Position numbers and translations under genes: made by a program. DNA of 64,000 nt from Octopus sinensis (taxonomy: Eukaryota). This document shows positions 55,331 to 62,822 of the stretch, one piece after another (the first letter of the stretch is position 1; every line of letters starts with the position of its first letter). The stretch is taken from the NCBI RefSeq assembly GCF_006345805.1, contig NC_042998.1, positions 96,782,001 to 96,846,000 of the forward strand, given 5' to 3'. The notes beneath the pieces are model-generated. The model did not search any database. It had not been told where the DNA came from and worked only from the letters and a program-made list of their open reading frames with translations.

Positions 55331-57383
55331 CACACGCACACACACTACAAGCTTCCACAGTTTCTGTCAACCAAATTCCACTCACAAGGCTTTGGTCAAA
55401 TCCCTGGTTATAGTAAATTCTTGCCTAAGGTGTTACACAGAGGGATCACACTTGACGTAAACTTCTTAATCACACAGCCAAGCTTGTACCTATTATAAAC
55501 TCATCTATAAAAATGATATTACAAAAATATTCAGTTAACAACAATTCCTCTCTCTCCAATGAAGGTTTCTAAACAAAATACAAGTCTTTTCTTCATCACA
55601 GCATAAAGATTGATGCCATTACTCTTTTACTCTTTTACTTGTTTCAGTCATTTGACTGTGGCCATGCTGGAACACTGCCTTTAGTCGAGCAAATCACCCC
55701 CAGGACTTATTCTTTGTAAGCCTAGTACTAATTCTATCGGTCTCTTTTGCTGAACCGCTAAGTTACGGCGACGTAAACACACCAGCATCGGTTGTCAAGC
55801 GATGTTGGGGGGACAAACAGACACACAAACATATACACACACATATATATATACATATATACGACAGGCTTCTTTCAGTTTCCGTCCACCAAATCCACTT
55901 ACAAGGCTTTGGTCGACCTGAGGCTATAGTAGAAGACACTTGCCCAAGGTGCCACGCAGTGGGACTGAACCCAGAACCATGTGGTTGGTTCTGCCCGTTT
56001 GGTATTTTAAGTGAAAATAAGACAAATTTTAAACACAAAGCAGTTTATTCAATCAATGATATAATTGCTGTTTTTATTCCGGCAACTTCTGCCATCTTGT
56101 GGGCAAATCCATTATTCCCTGCTCAAAAAATTTCCTGTCTTTACTGGCTAATTTCTACATCCCCTTCAGAATTGAAGGTTTGTTCATTCAATGAATTTTG
56201 AAGAAACTGAAGCATGGAAATCTAAAGGTGCAAAGTTAGACAAATAAGGAGGGTGCAATGACACTCCCTAGCCCTAGTAATGTCTTCCACATCTGTAAAC
56301 TGTGTGATCTGGCATCATCATAATAAAAGACAATGCCCTTACAATTAGCAAGTGCTGGACACTTCTGGTGGGTCACTATATTTAGTTTGTCCAGCTGCTC
56401 ATAGTAAACATCTGATGGTAAAAAGCTTGCATAAATTGAAAGCATGACCTGCTTTGGAGATTGCTCATGGTGGTTTGTGGCACTTCTCCCATGATCATTT
56501 GTGCTTCACATTGTTATAAACAATCCACTTTTCATCCCATATCACCATTCTCTTCAAAAAAGGGCAACTTTTCTTCACTGTTCTGCAATGAATCACAGAT
56601 GGAAATCCATTGGGTAAGGTTAACCTCGTTTTATTGATATGGGACCCAAATATTGAACCGGGTGATATAACCAACTTGATGCAAATAATTTCCAACACTC
56701 ACTTTGGACATCTAGGGAATATCTGCAATCATCCTGGTTGTAAAATGGGGGTTGGTAATACTGTTAATCTCAGTTGGCAGCTGAAGTGTGGTGCATCTTA
56801 AACTGAAAAATTTCCCAATCAAAATCTCGAAAATAACTTCTGGCACGCATGTTTCATAACAGCACCCTTTCCATACACAATGCAGGATTTCCACCACTTT
56901 CTTGCCTTATTTTTGAAATAAAAAAGCATGCAGTGTCAAAAATGTTCGTTTTGGTTATCCATTTTCAGAGTGATCTCAAGCACACGAAAAACAGCCTGTC
57001 TCATCACAAGTTCACTTCAAACTATATTGAAATATCAAGTACTTAACAAGCTTGCATGTCCAAGGGACAGACTGAAGTACTGATAAGAGTGCTTGCAGTT
57101 TAGTCTCAATAAGAACCAAATGGACTTTTTGGCCAATTCAGTACTATTTATTGATGTAGAACATCACAAGTTTTCTCAGTTTCTACTAATTCACTCTATG
57201 AAATAATATTGTTTACCATCTGTTTAGCCAACTGTTTATTCAGTTGTATAATTCACATCTATTAAACACATTCATTACTTCTACTGTACCCATGGATATG
57301 ACCTGTATGATAATTGATGTGGCAGACCATAAGCAATCATGAATGCAAACACCTGATGTAGTGATATTGACAGCTCGCCATTA
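1430..57383 (-). CDS. TRPA1: TRPA1-like ankyrin-repeat TRP cation channel, spliced partial CDS (23 exons; 5' and 3' ends not found)
   Basis: Hand-assembled exons join in frame over GT-AG introns (3178 nt). About 17 ankyrin repeats, KW-pre-S1 motif ([15 protein letters not shown]), six hydrophobic segments, pore [11 protein letters not shown]-like helix [23 protein letters not shown]. The symbol denotes family, not proven 1:1 orthology. Confidence 0.95.
1795..2288. mobile_element. Non-autonomous Tc1/mariner-superfamily (pogo/Tigger-like) element
   Basis: TIRs cgtaaatccttgagtata / tatactcgaggattcacg, nearby TA flanks, no transposase ORF. Confidence 0.7.
2748..3777. mobile_element. Fold-back MITE with roughly 270-bp TIRs and an internal telomere-like array
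   Basis: About 2748-3020 is the imperfect reverse complement of about 3505-3777; termini CCCTTT..AAAGGG. Confidence 0.75.
3048..3310 (+). repeat. Degenerate interstitial (TTAGGG)n / (TTTTAGGG)n array
   Basis: Directly visible, about 260 bp. Confidence 0.9.
4510..4578 (-). CDS. TRPA1: TRPA exon V: [23 protein letters not shown] (TRP-like helix)
   Basis: ctcctacag acceptor, GTATGT donor, 69 nt; hallmark TRPA motif. Confidence 0.95.
4627..5527. repeat. Two tandem diverged copies of an interspersed repeat (about 4627-5090 and 5191-5527; third copy about 51800-52100)
   Basis: Shared start gagtgagagagcagtgcatgccatcaaagtgacactgggg, each preceded by a trinucleotide microsatellite. Confidence 0.7.
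6077..6212. repeat. Compound (GAT/GGT)n array just downstream of the pore exon donor
   Basis: Directly visible. Confidence 0.85.
6240..6416 (-). CDS. TRPA1: TRPA exon U: pore helix, filter MMIGELEF and S6 (...IMNLL)
   Basis: ctctttcag acceptor, GTGAG donor, 177 nt. Confidence 0.95.
6668..7073 (-). mobile_element. tRNA-derived SINE family A (internal TA/CA microsatellite)
   Basis: Pol III A/B-box-like head (tggctgtgtgg..ggttcagtcc on the element strand); highly similar copies elsewhere in the window. Confidence 0.8.
10034..10234 (-). CDS. TRPA1: TRPA exon T: [15 protein letters not shown]...GIYVVMF...FALLRQR (S4, S4-S5 linker, S5)
   Basis: tatttaaag acceptor, GTAAGT donor, 201 nt. Confidence 0.93.
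11433..11790 (-). mobile_element. RTE-tail short element ending in (GAT)n; more than 10 copies (e.g. 9607-9775, 18331-18700, 37405-37810, 40470-40810, 63430-63810)
   Basis: Shared motif tttccatgctagcatgggttggacgg..ggatgcccttcctaacgccaaccact; the same tail ends the RTE fragments. Confidence 0.75.
12376..12507 (-). CDS. TRPA1: TRPA exon S: [44 protein letters not shown] (S3)
   Basis: ttttcag acceptor, GTAAG donor, 132 nt. Confidence 0.93.
13796..13916 (-). CDS. TRPA1: TRPA exon R: [40 protein letters not shown] (S1-S2 loop, S2)
   Basis: ctatttcag acceptor, GTAAG donor, 121 nt; N-E-T sequon in the predicted extracellular loop. Confidence 0.9.
14080..14295. mobile_element. piggyBac-like MITE (TTAA-CCC); related copy about 25310-25530
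   Basis: TTAA|cccatttagcatt here, aatgctaagagg|TTAA in the second copy; shared interior. Confidence 0.45.
14370..14850 (+). mobile_element. RTE LINE 3' fragment plus tail
   Basis: [28 protein letters not shown], then the shared 3' tail. Confidence 0.7.
15802..15968 (-). CDS. TRPA1: TRPA exon Q: [22 protein letters not shown]...S1 helix...AKPPV(P)
   Basis: gatttcag acceptor, GTAAAT donor, 167 nt. Confidence 0.93.
16090..16305 (+). mobile_element. RTE-like LINE C-terminal fragment (second family)
   Basis: Translates [28 protein letters not shown]. Confidence 0.65.
18054..18151 (-). CDS. TRPA1: TRPA exon P: [32 protein letters not shown]
   Basis: cttattcag acceptor, GTAAAC donor, 98 nt; HPL.IM motif. 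Confidence 0.9.
19401..19550 (-). CDS. TRPA1: TRPA exon O: [34 protein letters not shown]...SSS(G)
   Basis: ttgatacag acceptor, GTATGT donor, 150 nt; coupling-domain motif F.YKYL. Confidence 0.92.
20157..22565 (+). repeat. SINE family A copy whose internal microsatellite has expanded to about 2.1 kb of (TA)n interrupted by CA (about 20210-22358)
   Basis: SINE body before (aaagccttgtgagt..aaagaagccc) and after (gtctgtgtttgtcc..gactgaaacaagtaaaag) the array. Confidence 0.85.
22638..22759 (-). CDS. TRPA1: TRPA exon N: [17 protein letters not shown]...[12 protein letters not shown](E)
   Basis: aatttcag acceptor, GTGAG donor, 122 nt; post-ankyrin linker. Confidence 0.93.
23067..23304. repeat. 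Near-perfect inverted repeat, about 107-bp arms, 26-nt loop
   Basis: Directly visible; only a handful of mismatches. Confidence 0.9.
23320..24146 (-). mobile_element. RTE LINE 3' fragment
   Basis: [39 protein letters not shown] (ORF 23709-24140) followed by a (GAT)n-ended tail. Confidence 0.85.
24234..24360 (+). ncRNA. Degenerate hammerhead motif (U4C core change)
   Basis: AUCU-CCGAAGA-GGCC...GGCC-GAAA-CAGCUG-UA-AGAU; palindromic stem III, core CCGAAGA instead of CUGANGA. Confidence 0.5.
24643..24706 (+). ncRNA. Type I minimal hammerhead ribozyme motif (Penelope-type)
   Basis: Stem I CCUG/CAGG, CUGAAGA, stem II GAACU/AGUUU, GAAA, near-palindromic stem III AUCAUGGU, GUC site after 24702. 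Confidence 0.7.
25590..25726 (-). CDS. TRPA1: TRPA exon M: [24 protein letters not shown]...[11 protein letters not shown](N)
   Basis: tatttgtag acceptor, GTAAGT donor, 137 nt; only 94 nt of intron separate it from exon L. Confidence 0.93.
25821..25932 (-). CDS. TRPA1: TRPA exon L: [16 protein letters not shown]...DPADKSK
   Basis: ttttccag acceptor, GTTTGT donor, 112 nt. Confidence 0.93.
27190..27511 (+). mobile_element. Young full-length tRNA-derived SINE (family B) with 13-bp TSD
   Basis: A box tggcttagtgg, B box gagttcgatcc, T-run end; TSD tacaatataattg at 27177-27189 and 27512-27524; CpGs retained. Confidence 0.85.
29058..29204 (-). CDS. TRPA1: TRPA exon K: [32 protein letters not shown]...GADVGA(V)
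   Basis: ctgatag acceptor, GTAAGT donor, 147 nt. Confidence 0.93.
30024..30112 (-). CDS. TRPA1: TRPA exon J: [29 protein letters not shown](N)
   Basis: attttag acceptor, GTAAGC donor, 89 nt. Confidence 0.93.
30300..30929 (+). mobile_element. maT/DD37D-type Tc1/mariner transposase 3' remnant
   Basis: [10 protein letters not shown]...[17 protein letters not shown], 37 residues between catalytic positions 2 and 3; right TIR ending caccctg followed by TA. Confidence 0.8.
31600..31707 (-). CDS. TRPA1: TRPA exon I: [36 protein letters not shown]
   Basis: cttttctag acceptor, GTAATA donor, 108 nt. Confidence 0.93.
32100..33050 (-). mobile_element. Old L1/Tx1-like LINE remnant
   Basis: Manual translation [30 protein letters not shown] resembles the region after the RT core of L1/Tx1; boundaries approximate. 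Confidence 0.5.
33274..33457 (-). CDS. TRPA1: TRPA exon H: [23 protein letters not shown]...[16 protein letters not shown]
   Basis: gttcttag acceptor, GTTAAT donor, 184 nt, phase 2 to 0. Confidence 0.93.
33990..34420 (-). mobile_element. CR1/L2-like LINE 3' remnant
   Basis: Translates [16 protein letters not shown], the typical CR1/L2 C-terminal motif; boundaries approximate. Confidence 0.55.
34970..35815 (-). mobile_element. RTE LINE 3' fragment plus tail
   Basis: Similar to 23320-24146. Confidence 0.7.
36683..36878 (-). CDS. TRPA1: TRPA exon G: [21 protein letters not shown]...[10 protein letters not shown]...LIK
   Basis: gattttag acceptor, GTGAG donor, 196 nt. Confidence 0.95.
37219..37312 (-). 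CDS. TRPA1: TRPA exon F: [32 protein letters not shown]
   Basis: ctttttag acceptor, GTAAAT donor, 94 nt; supplies the phase 0-to-1 change needed between exons E and G. Confidence 0.93.
38004..38403 (-). mobile_element. SINE family A copy inserted in an AT-rich tandem block
   Basis: Highly similar to 6668-7073. Confidence 0.8.
40891..41109 (-). CDS. TRPA1: TRPA exon E: [17 protein letters not shown]...[10 protein letters not shown]...CYE
   Basis: ctctcag acceptor, GTAAG donor, 219 nt, two ankyrin repeats. Confidence 0.95.
41200..41495. repeat. Compound (GTA)n/(GTG)n trinucleotide array filling most of the 448-nt intron D-E
   Basis: Directly visible. Confidence 0.9.
41558..41728 (-). CDS. 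TRPA1: TRPA exon D: [40 protein letters not shown]...EVD
   Basis: tttctttcag acceptor, GTGAG donor, 171 nt. Confidence 0.95.
42460..44695 (+). mobile_element. Degenerate RTE-clade LINE (5'-truncated) with reverse transcriptase remnants
   Basis: [27 protein letters not shown] (ORF 43053-43397), YADDL at about 43521-43535, many stops and frameshifts, RTE-type 3' tail. Confidence 0.88.
45068..45379 (+). mobile_element. Young tRNA-derived SINE (family C) with 11-bp TSD
   Basis: Head tggcctagtggttagagc, (AAC)n tail, TSD ttattattatg at 45057-45067 and 45380-45390. Confidence 0.75.
45616..45722 (-). CDS. TRPA1: TRPA exon C: (H)[35 protein letters not shown]
   Basis: gacag acceptor, GTAAGT donor, 107 nt, phase 1 to 0; not in the ORF track, read manually. 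Confidence 0.9.
46320..47460. mobile_element. Penelope-like element terminus with inverted duplication
   Basis: Hammerhead motif plus roughly 185-bp inverted arms (about 46459-46640 and 46781-46968). Confidence 0.6.
46397..46447 (-). ncRNA. Type I hammerhead ribozyme motif, sense to the TRPA pre-mRNA (intron B-C)
   Basis: AGCUUC-CUGAAGA-UUUCAUCUGAAU-GAAA-CAG-uucuaguc-CUG-UA-GAAGCU: perfect 6-bp stem I, 4-bp stem III, GUA site; U-U mismatch at the first stem II pair. Confidence 0.7.
47664..47932. mobile_element. Roughly 270-bp fully palindromic fold-back MITE
   Basis: taaagattaatgga...tccattaatcttta ends, centre gtgccacc..ggtggcac, arms pair along their whole length. Confidence 0.75.
48130..48790 (-). 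mobile_element. Penelope-like element remnant
   Basis: ..[10 protein letters not shown] resembles the RHENK.L end of PLE ORFs; adjacent short duplicated segments (47940-48070, 48345-48460). Confidence 0.4.
48938..49377. mobile_element. Tigger/pogo-like MITE
   Basis: Perfect 13-bp TIR caggcatacctca/tgaggtatgcctg with TA on both sides; ends about 45 nt from the exon B donor. Confidence 0.85.
49426..49600 (-). CDS. TRPA1: TRPA exon B: CARDGDINS...[23 protein letters not shown]
   Basis: tttcag acceptor, GTAAG donor, 175 nt, ankyrin repeats 1-2; inside ORF 49397..49624. Confidence 0.95.
50975..51488 (+). mobile_element. Non-autonomous Helitron, copy 1
   Basis: A|TC 5' end, subterminal hairpin cccgagcaacgccgg, CTAG|T 3' end, no TSD. 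Confidence 0.85.
52668..53105 (+). mobile_element. SINE family A copy
   Basis: Full head-to-tail match in the opposite orientation. Confidence 0.8.
54502..54732 (+). mobile_element. SINE-like element (family D) with near-perfect 13-bp TSD
   Basis: Flanks aatattgatataa / aatattgacataa; many partial copies in the window (e.g. about 15400-15600, 26080-26230, 52400-52600). Confidence 0.65.
55621..55985 (-). mobile_element. SINE family A copy
   Basis: Sequence match to the other copies. Confidence 0.8.
55990..57141 (-). mobile_element. Degenerate mariner (DD34D-type) transposon
   Basis: [21 protein letters not shown] and [30 protein letters not shown] in different frames. Confidence 0.8.
57353..57383 (-). 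CDS. TRPA1: TRPA exon A, 31-nt micro-exon (phase 2 to 0): [10 protein letters not shown]
   Basis: ctatttcag acceptor, CAG|GTGTTT donor; completes the ankyrin motif SLHQ|CARDG with the next exon. Confidence 0.8.
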
Positions 57384-57986
57384 CTGAAATAGCTTGATCA
57401 AACATTTAATCACAGAGTAATTTCCTTCCTCAGTATTTAATCACTGAGATAAGTCTAATGCAATGCTTAAATGCCTCGTTTTATCACAAACCACCTAATT
57501 GATAAATATATGGACAAAGAGGACATTTTTAAGACTCAATGAATGATTAGATTTCAACAATATTAAATAACTGGATAATTTTATGGTACTTCTAACAGGA
57601 ATAGATATAACTGTGTGATTAAGAAGCTTGCTTTGTAATCATGTGGTTTTTGGTTCAGTCCCATTGTGTAGCACCTTGGGCTATGAAAGCCCTGAGCCAG
57701 CCAATGCTTTTTTAGTGAACTTGGTAGACGGAAACTATGTGGAAGCCTGTTGTATATATGGACATGTGCATGTGTTTGTCCCCACCACCACCACTTGACA
57801 ACCGGTGCTGGTACGTTTATGTCCCTGAACTGAGCAGTTCAGCAAATGACATTGATAGAATAAGTACCAAACTTTCTAGGGTCGATCTATCCAACTAAAT
57901 CCTTCAAGGCAGTGTCCCAGCTTTGCTCCAGTTCAATGACTGAAACAAGTAAAATGACAATAAAGCAACAACAATGATGTAGCCAA

Positions 57987-58371
57987 CAAACCTGGGCATC
58001 AAACCATTAATCGTTAATTAAGGAAGTTAACATTTTTGTTAACAATTTAACTTTTAAGTTAACTTTGGAAATCATTATCGAACTAATTAACTTCCGTTAC
58101 ATTTAACTTCCATTAAATCAAGTCAACTTGAGTTAACTTCCATTAACAGATTTTATAGTTTTGGCACTTTTAAAACGTGTTTTTAGGTGGTTTTAGGGCA
58201 AAAACTGATTTCTTGCCTTTTTTCTATTATAAAAATTAGCATTAATAGTATATTGATAACTTCCGTTATATTTTTAAAGAATTAACTGATAACAGTTATC
58301 AAAGTTAACTTTTTGGTTAACAGATTAATGGTTAACAAAGTTAACTTTTTGATTAACAGTGCCCACCTTTG
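57987..58371. mobile_element. MITE with (GT)TAAC subterminal repeats
   Basis: Termini caaacctgggca / tgcccacctttg; many gttaac/ttaac motifs at both ends; no TSD recognised. Confidence 0.55.
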
Positions 58372-58494
58372 GTTGTTAGGAAGTAAAGTTACTTTCTCAA
58401 ATCCTACCAACTCATAAGGACCAGTTTCCTGGTTTCCATAGCATATACATTCCCCACCTGGAAAGGGCATCAGTCTGTCACAGGATTATTCTTT

Positions 58495-58883
58495 TTATTC
58501 TTTTACTTGTTTCAGTCATTTGACTGCAGCCATGCTGGAGCACTGTCTTTTTAGTCGAACAAATTGACCCCAGGACTTATTCTTTGTAAGCCTAGTACTT
58601 ATTCTATCAGGTCTCTTTTGCGAAACCATTAAGTTACTGGGATGTAAACACACTAACATCGATTGTCAAGCGATAGTGGGGGGGGGGACAAACACAGACA
58701 CACATATATATATATGTATATATGACAGGCTTCTTTCTGTTTCCATCTACCAAATCCACTCACAAGGCTTTGGGTCGGCCCAAGGCTATAATAGAAGACA
58801 CTGGCCCAAGGTGCCGTCAGTGGGACTGAGCCCGAAACCATGTGGTTGGTAAGCAAGCTACTTACCACACAGCCACTCCCACA
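58495..58883 (-). mobile_element. SINE family A copy (others at about 26790-27070, 53770-54140, 57605-57950)
   Basis: Sequence match. Confidence 0.75.
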
Positions 58884-60379
58884 CCTATTATTCATTTTTG
58901 TCAGCTGAGTGAATTGGGGCAACATAAAATGAAGTGTTTTGCTCAAGAATACAACACATTGCTTGGTTCAGGAATCAAAACCACAATCTTATGATTCATG
59001 AGTCCAACATCCTAACCACTAAGCCATGTGCCTCCACAAAAGATAAAGTTACCTTCTCAAGTCATGCCAACTCATAAGGGACAGTTTCCGGTTTCATGGT
59101 CAACTTATTTCCCACCTGGATAGGACCCCGGCCTATTACACGATTACTCATTTTTGCCAGCTAGACTGGGGCAACATGAAATTAAGTGTTGCGCTCAAGA
59201 TCACAACATGTCGCCCAATCAAGGAATTGAAACCACAATCTTACAATCACGAGTTCAACACCCTAACCACTAAGCCATGCACCTCCACAACAACAATGAC
59301 GATGGTGTTACGAATGGTGAATAGCTTTCTGTCCCTTGAATAGGGGACAAGATGACCCTTTAATCCTGTCCCATCAAGGAGATGGCAATCTCTGTAGTGC
59401 TGGTACCATGATAAAATGCACCCACTGCAACCTGTAAAGTGGCTGGTAAATGAACGGAGAACACATAGCATCCCTTTAGCCTTGTTTTGTCTTGCTGAGG
59501 CAATGGCAATCTTTCAAGTGCTGGTGTCACTATAAAATGCACCCAGACTACTCTGTGCAGTAGTTAAAGATAGTATGGGCCTCCAGACAAAGAAACCCAG
59601 CCAAAAGTGAAACATATAGGTAAGATATAAATTTTTTTCAACCATCTATGAAGGTATATGGCTCCTTATAAGAACTAACTCAAATCCATGATGACTTCCA
59701 ACGTCCATACCAACATTAAAAGCAACAGTAAAATGGTGGTGGTGATGGTAGAGGGGGTGACGATGATAATGGTAATGACAACGGTGGTGGTGGTGGTGGT
59801 GGTGGTGGTGGAGGAGGAGGATGTTCTGTTCTCCATGCCGCACACCATTAAAGCTAAAGAATAAAATCATACTTTTATCTAGAGATGCTTCAAGTTACAG
59901 CTGATGTTTATTCACCTCAGTACAACTATATATATATTTATTTATAGTTTTTGATGGCAAGGGACTTAAAGTACATTAACTAATGTGCCTATCTGACACA
60001 TTAATTAATATAGTCTTGGATAGAGATTCTCTGAGACAAAGATAGAATAGGCATGGCTGGAATACCTTTCGTTATAGTTCTGTTCAGTTTGTTCGAGCCT
60101 GGGGCTAAGTAACAGCAAGACATATACAGGAGCTGACTGAATAAGATAATAAAGACAAGTTATGTGTGCAATACTGCACCTAGATATCTTCCAGACCAAA
60201 ACGAACCATCATTAAGCTTCATAATCCATTTCACAACCATTGTCACTTTCAAAGTTTCATACTTAACATCTATAGTATGTTCACCTTATTGTCTCCTTTC
60301 CTCTCTCATTCTCTAACTTCTTAACCACAAAACATTTCTGCACTACACGCAGACACACACACACACAATATACATACAT

Positions 60380-60432
<53 letters not shown>

Positions 60433-60476
60433 CATATACATACATATATATACATACATATACATACATATATATA

Positions 60477-60576
60477 NNNNNNNNNNNNNNNNNNNNNNNN
60501 NNNNNNNNNNNNNNNNNNNNNNNNNNNNNNNNNNNNNNNNNNNNNNNNNNNNNNNNNNNNNNNNNNNNNNNNNNNN
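60477..60576. other. Assembly gap (100 N) inside a (TA)n microsatellite
   Basis: Run of n characters. Confidence 0.99.
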
Positions 60577-60635
60577 ATATATATATATATATATACTTTA
60601 TTTGTATGTATGTATGTATGTATGTATGTATGTAC

Positions 60636-60669
<34 letters not shown>

Positions 60670-61335
60670 CATCATCATCATTTAATGTCCATTTTCCATG
60701 CTGACATGGGTTGGACGGTTTGACAGAACTGGTAAGCCAAATAGCTGCACCAAATTCCAATCTGATTTGGCATTGTTTTTACAGCTGGATGCCCTCCCTA
60801 ACACCAAGAACTCGAAGAGTGTAGTAGGTGCTCACAACCTCAAGATTGTGAGTTCAATTCATGGGTTGGGTAATATTTTGTGTCCTTGTGTATGACACTT
60901 CAATTCATGTTACAACAGGCTACTCAGCTGTAAACAAGTACAAGCCCAGTGCTGGTGCTTTCCTCCATTCTTTCAGCTATCATATCATGGGTGTTCCACT
61001 AGGTCAAAGGTTTGAGATCAAAAAGGTGTCTATGTCTGTTCCAAACTGAATAGGGAGCTAGAGACCTGAAACAATTAGGAAAAGCATAGTACATGCTACC
61101 AAGTCTCCCTAGATTCCAACTGATAGCCATGATTTAGTATTAACACCATAGCAAGGAAGAAAAATTATGTAGACACAGATCCTATTTTGTTTTCTCATAA
61201 ATGATGGAGAGGGCTATGATAGAAACACCTGTCCAAGGTGCCCCGCACTGGGAGTTAACCTAAGGTTGGAAAACGAGAGTCTTACCTACACAGCCACACT
61301 TGCACCTATCTACGCCTGTGCCAACATATATATAA

Positions 61336-61367
<32 letters not shown>

Positions 61368-61731
61368 TATATATATATATAGGGAGAGTTTATGAAAAAA
61401 ACAAAAGATGAAGACAGGTGATGTACAAAACAAACAGATGTATTAATATAATGCTCAGGAATAGAAAAAGTATTTTATGTTTCGAGCCTATGCTCTTCTA
61501 CAGAAAGGGACACAGAAAAAACAAGGAGAGAAACAAGGAGAGAAAAAAAATGTGTGTAGTGGCTAACGATGAGAGAGAGAGAGAGAGAATTTACAATTTA
61601 AAGGAAAAATCCAGAGGAATAATTACAAGGTAGCTAAATGTTGCTTAAGTGTGCATATGAATATAAATACGTTACATTTAATAGGACTTTCTATCTCTGT
61701 TAACATGTCTGTTTGATGAGTTTATTATTTA

Positions 61732-62248
61732 CTAGCAGTATTGCCCGGCGTTGCTCGGGTTTGTAAGGGAAATAACTATATAAGCATTTTTAGAGAGTTA
61801 CTTCCTTTATAGATGCCAATTCGGGCTTTCTTAGCCATTTCTGTTTTGGTGTCTTCAAGCCATGAAGTCGTTGTTCTAAAAGAACGCTGGTCTCCTTGAC
61901 AACGCATTACGACGTTGATTTCCTTAAACTCCCTTCCCCACAGCTTCACGAGGGAGGGAAGAAGGGGGAGAAGCAAACACAGGTGCAGGTGTTTGAGCGT
62001 GGACGCCAACTCCGCCGCCATCGACACACGAAAAATTATGCATTAAAATGGAATAAAAAATGATGTTAAATTATTTTTAAAATCGTAGACTCATCGTAGA
62101 CGCGTGCTAATAGCCAGACGGGCTTGATATTAATCACGACTATAAGATACTCGAATTTGGTTAAACTGCACCGCAAAATGTGGGAGGAGTTAGGAATCTA
62201 AATCGTAGGAGACAGACACTCACACAACTACAGTTTTATATATATAGA
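61732..62248 (-). mobile_element. Non-autonomous Helitron, copy 2 (inverted, roughly 95% identical to copy 1 by eye)
   Basis: Same termini and internal sequence. Confidence 0.85.
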
Positions 62249-62420
62249 TATCCTTCGTGAAAAGATTGATGCATTGCTGACAATAATTTATCCTGTCAGA
62301 GATTTTGGTGTGCATCTGTTGAAACATATGTAGAAGAATTCAAGATATAAATGGTTTAACAACATCCTGAGAGTTTGTCTCCTTGTTCAATTTTCCTATA
62401 TATATAATATATATATATAT

Positions 62421-62803
62421 AGGTGCAGGAGTAGCTGTGTGTTAAGTAGCTTGCTTACCAACCACGTGGTTCTGGGTTTAGTCCCACTGCATGGCACCTT
62501 GGGCAAAACTCTACTATAGCCTCAAGCCATCCAAAACCTTGTGAGTTGATTTGATAGACAGAAACTGAAAGAAGCCTGTCATATGTATATATATATGTTT
62601 GTCCCCCCAACCCCCAACCACCATCGCTTGATGACCAATTCTGGTATGTTTACATCCCTATAACTTAGCCGTTTGGCAAAAGAGGCTGATAGAATAAGTA
62701 CTAGGCTTACAAAGAATAAGTCCTGGGGCCTATTTGTTCAACAAAAAGTGGTGCTCCAACATGGCAGCAATCAAATGATTGAAACAAATAAAAGAGTAAA
62801 AGA
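62421..62803 (+). mobile_element. SINE family A copy
   Basis: Sequence match. Confidence 0.75.
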
Positions 62804-62822
62804 GAATATATACATTTATATA

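Noticed and set aside
53130-60110. Two similar short ORFs (53112-53405 and 60005-60199) that looked like duplicated alternative exons
   Set aside because: The similarity is at DNA level (..aaaggcattccagc..), there is no TRP or ankyrin character, and no suitable splice pairs; they are best explained as copies of a dispersed repeat.
60285-60350. Minus-strand AAG|GTGAAC donor with an open phase-2 frame (..KKLENERGKETI) as the missing upstream exon
   Set aside because: No acceptor or in-frame start was found; it runs straight into microsatellite.
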